Below are positions 43,791 through 50,995 of a stretch of 52,745 nucleotides of DNA, in pieces. The stretch lies in the IMG/VR virus record IMGVR_UViG_3300043184_000117. One strand, given 5' to 3'. Numbering within the stretch: the first letter of the stretch is position 1; each line of letters begins with the position of its first letter. The notes under the pieces are model-generated. The model was not told the origin of the DNA. It searched no databases and worked only from the letters and a program-made list of their open reading frames with translations. A program made the translations under genes and the position numbers. This stretch comes from a virus.

Positions 43791-43806
43791 TGGCACCATT
43801 ATTGCA
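43791..43806 (+). promoter_or_regulatory. Sigma-54 (RpoN) type promoter, perfect consensus TGGCAC-CATTA-TTGCA, pointing antisense to the early genes
   Basis: Read directly on the plus strand. Confidence 0.55.
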
Positions 43807-43859
43807 TGTAAAAATACGGGGGCTGTTTTTATTGATGAAGGCTAAAAAACCGGGGGTGG

Positions 43860-44084
43860 TTAAAATACCCACACGACCTCACGCGCCCACTCATCAATTT
43901 GAGCACGGGCTTGCGCCACATCCGAATCTGTTAAATCTTTTGGCAACTTATACAAAAGGTCGACAACTTGCAATTCGCCGTCAGTGTCCTCCATAGCGAC
44001 CGCCTCAATCTTAACCCTGACAGTATGGTCTAAACCATCCAGCTCTAAATCAATTGACTCAGTAAACGATTTGAAGGTTTGCAT
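43860..44084 (-). CDS. Hypothetical acidic protein (74 aa), last gene of the early series
   Basis: ORF track; RBS AAGGAG 7 nt upstream. Confidence 0.6.
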   Translation of the reverse strand: MQTFKSFTESIDLELDGLDHTVRVKIEAVAMEDTDGELQVVDLLYKLPKDLTDSDVAQARAQIDEWAREVVWVF

Positions 44085-44123
44085 AAGTGGCTCCTTGGTA
44101 ATCCGATTTATTAAATCATTATA

Positions 44124-44540
44124 TCACGCCACGATAGAAATGCAAGGTAAATTATTATCATGATTTAAGTAAGCGATTCTTATAGAAATGTCGGTGCTGG
44201 TAAATTGTACCTCAATTTTAACCCTAACAATATCGCCAGGGTTTAGACTGTGCTCGTAACCAATTTTATATTTGCAAATAATTTCTGCACCAATGACATT
44301 TAATTTTATATATACATTATCAAAGATGCAATCGGTGACAACGCCCTCTAATTGCATACCATCTACTAATGGCACGAGCTGTTGGATTTTATCATACTTT
44401 TCTAAATTTAATAATTCCATTATTTCAAAAACTAACAGTACTTTTGGCGTATATATTTGGTCTATGCTCCATTCTATAGTATTGAGTTCTTTGATTAAAT
44501 CGTCAATAAATTTAATATCTTCTTGAAGCTGCTTAATCAT
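44124..44540 (-). CDS. Hypothetical protein, possible S1/OB-like C-terminal half
   Basis: Start moved to MIKQLQ (RBS AAGGAG); LEGVVTD..FDNVYIKL......GDIVRVKIE pattern is only suggestive. Confidence 0.5.
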   Translation of the reverse strand: MIKQLQEDIKFIDDLIKELNTIEWSIDQIYTPKVLLVFEIMELLNLEKYDKIQQLVPLVDGMQLEGVVTDCIFDNVYIKLNVIGAEIICKYKIGYEHSLNPGDIVRVKIEVQFTSTDISIRIAYLNHDNNLPCISIVA

Positions 44541-44635
44541 AAATAACTCCTTTGTCTCAAAAAAGTGGAGGTTTGTCTCAATTCCACCTACTTGTCCCAA
44601 TTATATCACACGCACTAATGAAGTCAACAAAATAA

Positions 44636-44971
44636 TTATTCGTGTAGATTGAGGTAGATGTCATGGACCCAATGCGCCCACAAATGCCAACACTTACCAT
44701 TGATTTCCGCCATCACTTCTTCCATTTGAGCTTCTGTCAACTCTGCCGAACTTGTATTCATTTGAAAATACACCACGTGGGTCAACTCGTGTGCTACATC
44801 AGCGTGGTCCATATCGTTCATTATAAACGTAACTACCTTTGGCTTAAACTCGGTTATAGCAGCACTGTCGGATCCATAAAGTTTGCAATATTTGGCGCGC
44901 GGCAACGTCCTAAACGTCCACTCCTCATTCAATATCTTACGCTTTATTTCTTTCACACAATCTCCCATCAT
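44636..44971 (-). CDS. Mini zinc-metallopeptidase-like protein (HExxH)
   Basis: DVAHELTHVVYF contains HELTH; 111 aa. Confidence 0.45.
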   Translation of the reverse strand: MMGDCVKEIKRKILNEEWTFRTLPRAKYCKLYGSDSAAITEFKPKVVTFIMNDMDHADVAHELTHVVYFQMNTSSAELTEAQMEEVMAEINGKCWHLWAHWVHDIYLNLHE

Positions 44972-45008
44972 AATGTAATTTCAAATACTTAACAATGGTT
45001 TCACTTAT

Positions 45009-45051
45009 TATATTGCACCAAAAAAAGCATTATTGCACTATATTGCACCAA
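45009..45051. repeat. 13-bp direct repeat TATATTGCACCAA x2 plus a partial ATTGCAC between them (10/20-bp phasing)
   Basis: 45009-45021 and 45039-45051 are identical; ATTGCAC at 45013, 45033 and 45043. Confidence 0.8.
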
Positions 45052-45373
45052 TTAATTCAATGTGAGGCATTAGCTCATTCATAAACTCTTCCTGGTCTAC
45101 TACCGACACTGTCAACTCGGTCTCGTCCGGGTGCACCGCCGTAATTACAATAAGTTTTGCAATCGGCATGTAGCCCAACTCAATTATCTCGCCCGATTCT
45201 TTTATAACCGCCACCATGTTCGGATTCTCATCTGGCACCATATTTGTCTCCTCTATTGCGTCGTAGTTTAGTTCTTCCGCAAGTGTAATATTGCGCATGT
45301 GGTTTCTTGCCCAGGGCGCTTCAGGTACGTCTATTTCAAGGTTAGGGTATTGAATGATCATTTGGTTATCCAT
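45038..45373 (-). CDS. Very acidic early protein (111 aa)
   Basis: ORF track; D/E-rich throughout. Confidence 0.6.
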   Translation of the reverse strand: MDNQMIIQYPNLEIDVPEAPWARNHMRNITLAEELNYDAIEETNMVPDENPNMVAVIKESGEIIELGYMPIAKLIVITAVHPDETELTVSVVDQEEFMNELMPHIELIGAI

Positions 45374-45376
45374 ATA

Positions 45377-45386
45377 CCCCCCCCCC
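45377..45386 (-). repeat. G10 homopolymer (C10 on the plus strand) forming the RBS region 3 nt upstream of ATG 45373
   Basis: Forward catata-cccccccccc-ttta. Confidence 0.9.
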
Positions 45387-45525
45387 TTTACGCCGTTTTA
45401 TTGTGTCATTAAATCGCAAAGTCTTTAATTTCAACAATATAGTAAGTTTTACACCATTTACACTATTCTGTACTATTTGTTTGTCTGGGCTAAACCATCC
45501 AAGTAAATAAAATTTGTTTAGTTTT

Positions 45526-45825
45526 TTAAGCCGCTTTACTATCCATCACACGTTTTGCAAACCTATAAAATGCATTAATATCCTCTTTCATTTTATTAAA
45601 CTTTTTAAGAGTACGTTCTGTTAAAACTACTGGTTTAATTGATTGTTCGTATTTAATTTGTAATACTTCACCATGTTCCAAAACAAACTCATCTAAATCT
45701 GTGATCCCGCCTAAGCACATATTAATATCATTATCCATGGATTTTACAAATTGTTTTCTAATATCTAGATCAATTAATGGATCGTACTGTCTTCTTTTTA
45801 CGTAAATTTCATTAGACTTTTTCAT
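45526..45825 (-). CDS. Hypothetical protein (99 aa)
   Basis: ORF track; start moved to MKKSNEI (RBS AAGGGG). Confidence 0.55.
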   Translation of the reverse strand: MKKSNEIYVKRRQYDPLIDLDIRKQFVKSMDNDINMCLGGITDLDEFVLEHGEVLQIKYEQSIKPVVLTERTLKKFNKMKEDINAFYRFAKRVMDSKAA

Positions 45826-45829
45826 ACAG

Positions 45830-46021
45830 TTACCCCTTTTTTGTGGTGTTAATTGCCGCCCAGTAAGCCGCAATTTCTGGTTGACTTATATCTAGTCCGC
45901 TGTCTATGGCGTATTTTAGTAAGTTCCCCTCAATTTCTGAGTACGGTATATAATATCCGTTTCTAAATACTATAGTTGTTTTTATAAAAGTAACAATTAA
46001 ATCATCAGCAACTAAACTCAT
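45830..46021 (-). CDS. Hypothetical protein (63 aa)
   Basis: ORF track. Confidence 0.5.
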   Translation of the reverse strand: MSLVADDLIVTFIKTTIVFRNGYYIPYSEIEGNLLKYAIDSGLDISQPEIAAYWAAINTTKKG

Positions 46022-46038
46022 AGAAACCCCCTCAATTA

Positions 46039-46170
46039 TTATTTCATTTTAATTAAATCATATGAGTTATTAATACTTTTAACATTATTACTTACTTGAT
46101 TAAATGATAGAATAATATCACATAAAGCAAATACTAAAATTACAATTGCTAAACCTTTTAACCATGTCAT
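46039..46170 (-). CDS. Small single-TM protein (43 aa), not in the ORF track
   Basis: Own translation MTWLKGLAIVILVFALCDIILSFNQVSNNVKSINNSYDLIKMK; RBS GGGAGG. Confidence 0.5.
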   Translation of the reverse strand: MTWLKGLAIVILVFALCDIILSFNQVSNNVKSINNSYDLIKMK

Positions 46171-46285
46171 AAACCCTCCCAAGTTATGCTTATATTTAAA
46201 TTATAGCACACCTAAAATGAATTACAACAATTATTTTTTTTATTTGCAAATATTGAGGGGTATTAGGCACTTAAGTATGGTAAAA

Positions 46286-46306
46286 GGAGGCATTGCGCCC
46301 CCCTCC
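46286..46306 (-). terminator. Hairpin plus T-run after the PA14 lipoprotein gene
   Basis: Minus strand GGAGG-11 nt-CCTCC-TTTTA. Confidence 0.4.
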
Positions 46307-46307
46307 A

Positions 46308-46853
46308 TTAAAATAGAATAACTTCTGTTAAATTGGACCCTTTTCTAACTACTGATAATTGCAGCCCTTTTTCACCCAAATTTTGAAAATACTCTACCCT
46401 CAATTTTATTTTACCTTCGGTCATTTTACTTTTAAAAATCTTAGTACTAAATGAGTGCAATCCATCATGATTAATTACAAGCACATCGTTAATAAATAAT
46501 TTGGCGCCGTCATCTGAGCTTAATCTAAATGTATATTCACCATCACTACTAATCTCATACTCACCGCTACACACTAACCCAAAGTTAACCTCAGCAAATT
46601 CTTCAACGGTAGTTCCTTTAAGGAAATCAAAAACCTCTGTAGACGATAGTCTACCATTATCCAACCTGTCTGTTCTGATAGTAGCGGTTTCGGTAATATG
46701 TTTAAAATTTGGCATACTGCTTAAGTTTGGCAACTTATAAAATTTACAAACCGCACTAGTGTCTTCTTGTTCCAATACAATTTCTCTTTTAGTTTTTGTC
46801 TGTTTGCCGCATGCTGATAAAAGTAAAATACCTGCTAAAATAAGTCTAATCAT
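46308..46853 (-). CDS. PA14-domain lipoprotein
   Basis: Lipobox MIRLILAGILLLSAC; GEYEISSDGEYTFRLSSDDGAKLFINDVLVINHDG...GKIKLRVEYFQNLGEKGLQL fits PA14. Confidence 0.65.
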   Translation of the reverse strand: MIRLILAGILLLSACGKQTKTKREIVLEQEDTSAVCKFYKLPNLSSMPNFKHITETATIRTDRLDNGRLSSTEVFDFLKGTTVEEFAEVNFGLVCSGEYEISSDGEYTFRLSSDDGAKLFINDVLVINHDGLHSFSTKIFKSKMTEGKIKLRVEYFQNLGEKGLQLSVVRKGSNLTEVILF

Positions 46854-46888
46854 AAATTCTCCTAGAGTGGTTAGGTTTTATTAACTAT

Positions 46889-47134
46889 CTAATACTCCCC
46901 AAACAAATTTAATCCTCTCTCATTAGCTTCAGAATTGAGTAAATCCCTAATATCTTGCAGATGCCGTACTGTTTCTTCGCTTAAATCTGCGGCGTATTTT
47001 ATTTTTGATCTCAATGCTTGATCCACTGTCTCAAGGACAATATGGGCATCCGACCCTTTAATTGCCATATTAAAATCTTGCCGTTGATCCGGGTCTAATA
47101 AATCAAAGTGCATAGTAATTTTTCTACTTGTCAT
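46889..47134 (-). CDS. Hypothetical protein (81 aa)
   Basis: ORF track; start moved to MTSRKIT (RBS AAGGAGA). Confidence 0.55.
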   Translation of the reverse strand: MTSRKITMHFDLLDPDQRQDFNMAIKGSDAHIVLETVDQALRSKIKYAADLSEETVRHLQDIRDLLNSEANERGLNLFGEY

Positions 47135-47159
47135 AAATTTTTCTCCTTTGGAATTTTTT

Positions 47160-47885
47160 TTAATATTCACATTTTAGTTTATTATTAAAACTATATAACA
47201 TTTGACCAACTTCTTTGGGAGCACCTTTTAAGCTTTTAAGTTTGTTGTTATAACAATGATATTGTCCTTCAACTTTCTTAGGACCTCCTTTTAAATTTAT
47301 AAGTTTGTTGTTAGAACAATAAAACGTTCCTCCAACTTTTTTAGGGGCGCCTTTTAAACTTTTAAGATTATTATTATGACAATAAAAACTTCCGCCAACT
47401 TCTTTGGAAGCACCTATTAAGTTTATAAGTTCATTATTGTCACAATGAAATCCTTTACCAACTTTTTGAGGAGCACCTTTTAGACTTGTAAGTTCGTTAT
47501 TATGACAAGAAAAACATTCACCAACTTTTTTAGGGGCGCCTTTTAAACTTTTAAGTTTATTCCCATAACAAGAAAAACTTCCACCAACTTTTTGAGGAGC
47601 CCCTATTAAGTTTTTAAGATTATTATTATGACAATAAAAACTTCCGCCAACTTCTTTAGGAGCGCCTTTTAAACTTTTAAGATTAATACTATGACAATAA
47701 AAATTTCCATTAACTTCTTTGGGGGCACCGTGTAAACTTGTAAGTTGTTTATAAGAACAATTAAAATGTAACTCCCAACAAGCTTCTTCACCTCTTAAAG
47801 GATTGTTATTTTCATCAAATAATTGAATACTACGAGTGTTACCTCTAACTTTAACTTCCCATCTAACGGCTTTTTTAAGGCTCAT
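47160..47885 (-). CDS. Tandem 23-aa leucine-rich-repeat-like protein (about 8 repeats)
   Basis: Repeat L.SLKGAPK.VGGSFYC.NN.L x8, also visible as 69-bp DNA repeats from about 47230 to 47720; start moved to MSLKKAV (RBS AAGGAG). Confidence 0.7.
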   Translation of the reverse strand: MSLKKAVRWEVKVRGNTRSIQLFDENNNPLRGEEACWELHFNCSYKQLTSLHGAPKEVNGNFYCHSINLKSLKGAPKEVGGSFYCHNNNLKNLIGAPQKVGGSFSCYGNKLKSLKGAPKKVGECFSCHNNELTSLKGAPQKVGKGFHCDNNELINLIGASKEVGGSFYCHNNNLKSLKGAPKKVGGTFYCSNNKLINLKGGPKKVEGQYHCYNNKLKSLKGAPKEVGQMLYSFNNKLKCEY

Positions 47886-47898
47886 AACAATCTCCTTA

Positions 47899-48192
47899 CT
47901 AAACAAATATATCGTTTATTTCTTTTTTTACTAATTGTTGATACTTTTCAGAAGCAAATCTAAAAATAGTTTTTCTTTGCTCTAAACTCAAATCAATATC
48001 CATAGTTTTATATTTTACCGTATATTCGTCGTAGATTAAATTATCTTGAGATATATATGATTTATAAGTAATAAAAATAACATTTTCAATAACAAAACTA
48101 GTTTCATTTTTCGTAACTTTTTTTTCAAACAAATCTAAATTGTCTTGATTATTGATGTAAATCTTTAATTTTTTCATATAATCCATATACAC
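47899..48192 (-). CDS. Hypothetical protein (97 aa)
   Basis: ORF track. Confidence 0.55.
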   Translation of the reverse strand: MYMDYMKKLKIYINNQDNLDLFEKKVTKNETSFVIENVIFITYKSYISQDNLIYDEYTVKYKTMDIDLSLEQRKTIFRFASEKYQQLVKKEINDIFV

Positions 48193-48200
48193 CTCTTAAC

Positions 48201-50051
48201 CTATTTTATCTCACAGACAGAACCTGCGCAAGCTAATATTTCCGCTCGGTTAGTATTATCATCTAATTCCAATACTTCCGATAAGTTAATATCCGCCACC
48301 ATAGCATCATATTTGTCAAATTGCTCTTTACTACACGTTTCAAATGGCGCTTGCACATAAGTATGTCCATCATAAGGAAGTAAACTAATGCCGGAATAGT
48401 TATTTTTTTGCAGCCACATTGTAGATTTTAATATTTCTATTTCTTCCTGTTTATAATTGAGGGTGCAACTTACGTTGTGGGTGTTGTCTCCTCGGCGGTG
48501 CCCGGGCTCAATCCAATTTTTGTTATAAAATAAAACTCGTAAAAATGCTTCCATAACTGACTCTTGCTCTCTAGTTACGCAATCCTTAGGGGATTCTTGT
48601 GGTATGGTTACAACTATACCGTTTTTATCAAATTGATCAGCTTCTACTAACTCAGGCACAACTCGCATTAAATAATTTGCAAGACTATCATTTGAGTTCA
48701 TCCTGACCCGTCTTAGGTAATAGTTTGAAAATCTAGCATGTATTCCAGAAGATGAGCCAAGTACGCAACTTGCCGTACCTTCGGGTTTTATTGCAGTTGC
48801 TCTAGCGGCTAAATTTATCCCTATTTTTTTTGCATATTTTTCGTTTACCGACAATACCAACTGTGCAAGTTTTTGCAACGAATCCGAGGTTAAATTAGGT
48901 GAATCGGCAATTCCCGTAAAAGAGCAACCCAACAGCGCTTCTTCCTCGGTTACTTGCTGCCATTTTTGCGATAAATAAGGAAACTGAGTATATGAAGCTT
49001 GTAGTGTGCCAATAAGCGCTGCCGCATAAACGCGGTTTTGCATATCCTTTTCATTTTTAATTTGAGTAAGATTTGTAGTTGTTAAATTACAAAATTGATT
49101 AGTGTGTAAACTAATCTCATGGCATGGATTGTACCCCATCTCAATATTATTAGTCCAGCTAAAACCTGGCTCTCCGGAATTAGATTGGATGCACATATCA
49201 AATACGTGGCAAAATTCTTCATAAGTAGTGCTGCTCCTTAATAAAACAGCGCTGTTATTTGCTCTAGCTCTATATGGATGCTTTTCCCACCAAGATCCAT
49301 GTTTGCATGTCAACATTTTTTCATCGTGCTTATCAAATAAACAAATAAGCGCTGCTCTGCGAATGCCCCCACTAAGAACACAATCAGCAATAATACAAAT
49401 AATATCATGCAACTCAATTGAGGTTAATTGCCTGCCTGTTGCCGCCTTTAGTTTTAATTCTACCAACTGCAGCATATGTTTAAGAGGCTCGGGTCCAGGG
49501 GCTTTGGCGCCAGTGGTTACAAGATACGATCCCTTAGATCTAATTTGTGAAAAGTCAAAAATTGGTCTAATTGCGCCATTAAAGTATGCTGAAATAAGCG
49601 CGTTCAGACTTTCCGCCCACCCCTCAATACTATCGTGGATAATATGCAAATTTTCTTCTTTTGGCAGTTTAATTCTGGGTAGTTGCTTTATGTGGTGTGA
49701 TTGAATTGAGTAGCCCACTCCCACTCCGCTTAGCAACAGATACAATATTTCGGCAAAAACGCGATCATAAGTAATATGTACAAAAGAACAGTTATATTGC
49801 CGCGCATTATTTTTTAAAATTGCTTCTCCGCCAAATTGTAATCCTCTCATTGATGGCATAACTTTTAAATCATGGACTTGTTTATAAGCTTTAATAATAT
49901 CGGCAGATAAATTAGGGAACCTATCTAGGTGCATATTCATATTTCTATTGATAGTTTCACTCAACAACTCTCTTCTTCCAAGATGTGGTAAGTATTTGGC
50001 ATAAGTTCTAAAGCTAACAATTTTAGACAACAATGCATTTGATTTATTCAT
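48201..50051 (-). CDS. Class II (adenosylcobalamin-dependent, RTPR-like) ribonucleotide reductase
   Basis: YNPCHEISLHTNQFCNL (NPC-E...CNL thiyl-radical loop), N-terminus SFRTYAKY..GRRE, C-terminal CAGSVC redox pair. Start moved to MNKSNALL (RBS AGGA); the upstream extension overlaps the next gene. Confidence 0.8.
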   Translation of the reverse strand: MNKSNALLSKIVSFRTYAKYLPHLGRRELLSETINRNMNMHLDRFPNLSADIIKAYKQVHDLKVMPSMRGLQFGGEAILKNNARQYNCSFVHITYDRVFAEILYLLLSGVGVGYSIQSHHIKQLPRIKLPKEENLHIIHDSIEGWAESLNALISAYFNGAIRPIFDFSQIRSKGSYLVTTGAKAPGPEPLKHMLQLVELKLKAATGRQLTSIELHDIICIIADCVLSGGIRRAALICLFDKHDEKMLTCKHGSWWEKHPYRARANNSAVLLRSSTTYEEFCHVFDMCIQSNSGEPGFSWTNNIEMGYNPCHEISLHTNQFCNLTTTNLTQIKNEKDMQNRVYAAALIGTLQASYTQFPYLSQKWQQVTEEEALLGCSFTGIADSPNLTSDSLQKLAQLVLSVNEKYAKKIGINLAARATAIKPEGTASCVLGSSSGIHARFSNYYLRRVRMNSNDSLANYLMRVVPELVEADQFDKNGIVVTIPQESPKDCVTREQESVMEAFLRVLFYNKNWIEPGHRRGDNTHNVSCTLNYKQEEIEILKSTMWLQKNNYSGISLLPYDGHTYVQAPFETCSKEQFDKYDAMVADINLSEVLELDDNTNRAEILACAGSVCEIK

Positions 50052-50064
50052 TTTATTCCTACGG

Positions 50065-50253
50065 TTATTTGTTGTTATTAAAAATAATTTTTGTTGGAGT
50101 TTCGATTTTTTCGATTTCTTCTTTTTTTGCATCACATTTTTGACAATTAAAAACCGTAGTATGAAGTAATAGTATAGGTTTCCATACATGGTAACATTTT
50201 GATTCGTAGTAAGCGTCAGTATTTACCCAATAAGAATCCATACCATAATCCAT
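50065..50253 (-). CDS. Hypothetical Cys-containing protein (62 aa)
   Basis: ORF track; RBS GGAGGAA. Confidence 0.55.
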   Translation of the reverse strand: MDYGMDSYWVNTDAYYESKCYHVWKPILLLHTTVFNCQKCDAKKEEIEKIETPTKIIFNNNK

Positions 50254-50256
50254 AAT

Positions 50257-50364
50257 TTATTCCTCCGTACCATCAAAGGTATAAATACACATAATAACTA
50301 TAGTAATAAAAACTCCTATACAAAACCCAAAAGCAAAGATGTAGGTATCAAGTAATGTTATCAT
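50257..50364 (-). CDS. Small TM protein (35 aa), not in the ORF track
   Basis: Own translation MITLLDTYIFAFGFCIGVFITIVIMCIYTFDGTEE. Confidence 0.4.
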   Translation of the reverse strand: MITLLDTYIFAFGFCIGVFITIVIMCIYTFDGTEE

Positions 50365-50467
50365 GTTTACAACTTTTTCTAAATTTAGAATATAAGTTTA
50401 CCATATAATTAAATAAATAAAAAGTAACTGCACCAAGTACATAAGCTTTAAATTGTTTTATTTCCAT
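50348..50467 (-). CDS. Small TM protein (39 aa), not in the ORF track
   Basis: Own translation MEIKQFKAYVLGAVTFYLFNYMVNLYSKFRKSCKHDNIT; RBS AGGAG. Confidence 0.45.
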   Translation of the reverse strand: MEIKQFKAYVLGAVTFYLFNYMVNLYSKFRKSCKHDNIT

Positions 50468-50475
50468 AATTACTC

Positions 50476-50661
50476 CTAATTGTTTACTAATTCTTCAGCC
50501 ATATCTACCAATTCACAATCTAAGCTTGCAAGTAAGGACTCCCTCAATTCGATAAGTTCAGAGCATATATATAACTTAACCTCATTATTAAAATCTTGGT
50601 TTACCAACGTTCTGTCAATCCGTGCATTGATTGCGCTAATAGCTTCTGTGATTCCTGGCAT
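50476..50661 (-). CDS. Hypothetical acidic protein (61 aa)
   Basis: ORF track; RBS GAGGAGG. Confidence 0.6.
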   Translation of the reverse strand: MPGITEAISAINARIDRTLVNQDFNNEVKLYICSELIELRESLLASLDCELVDMAEELVNN

Positions 50662-50891
50662 AAATCCTCCTCTGATTGAATTTGTAATCTAACTTTCACA
50701 GCTTCATTTCTTTTGCGTAAAAATATGCCGCCAGCATATATTACCTTACCTTCGTTTTTTGGAGTATTGGCTAAAATTTGTTTAACTTGTAGGTATTTTT
50801 CGTAAGGTGTCGTAATTTCTCCTAATCTTTTATCCAAAAGGTTGTAAATAATAATACAATTAAAAATCCACCAAATCCATAAGCACCGCAA
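50601..50891 (-). CDS. Hypothetical protein; true start probably internal (about 50837, TTG)
   Basis: The N-terminal 20 codons of the track ORF overlap the better-supported TM ORF at 50822-50995 in another frame. Confidence 0.35.
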   Translation of the reverse strand: MRCLWIWWIFNCIIIYNLLDKRLGEITTPYEKYLQVKQILANTPKNEGKVIYAGGIFLRKRNEAVKVRLQIQSEEDLCQESQKLLAQSMHGLTERW

Positions 50892-50995
50892 AAAAGTAAT
50901 ACTACTCCTATTAACGCTAAAAAAATAATAATTTTTTTAAAAGGCACCAATTGAGAAACGATTTGTAAATTACTGGGTTCATTATTATCACTCAT
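50822..50995 (-). CDS. Small two-TM protein (57 aa), not in the ORF track
   Basis: Own translation MSDNNEPSNLQIVSQLVPFKKIIIFLALIGVVLLFCGAYGFGGFLIVLLFTTFWIKD; RBS GGAGG; ATGAGTGA coupling. Confidence 0.5.
   Translation of the reverse strand: MSDNNEPSNLQIVSQLVPFKKIIIFLALIGVVLLFCGAYGFGGFLIVLLFTTFWIKD

Noticed and set aside
43721-43996. Plus-strand 91-aa ORF (TTG start) overlapping the sigma-54 sites and the 74-aa gene
   Set aside because: It has no SD and a basic low-complexity product. It is antisense to an ORF with a strong AAGGAG RBS. The internal ATG at 43845 also lacks an RBS. It would be worth revisiting only if the plus-strand sigma-54 site proves active.
49228-49704. 158-aa plus-strand ORF and many other 60-120-aa ORFs antisense to long genes (e.g. 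8043-8255, 25922-26170, 28771-28983, 31389-31757, 44663-44992, 51775-52047)
   Set aside because: They lie entirely within better-supported genes on the opposite strand and lack RBSs. Their composition is typical of antisense frames.
50052-50189. N-terminal 46-codon extension of the RNR ORF (MYGNLYYYFILRF...)
   Set aside because: It overlaps the upstream 62-aa gene and has odd composition. The internal ATG at 50051 has an RBS and starts the conserved RTPR N-terminus.
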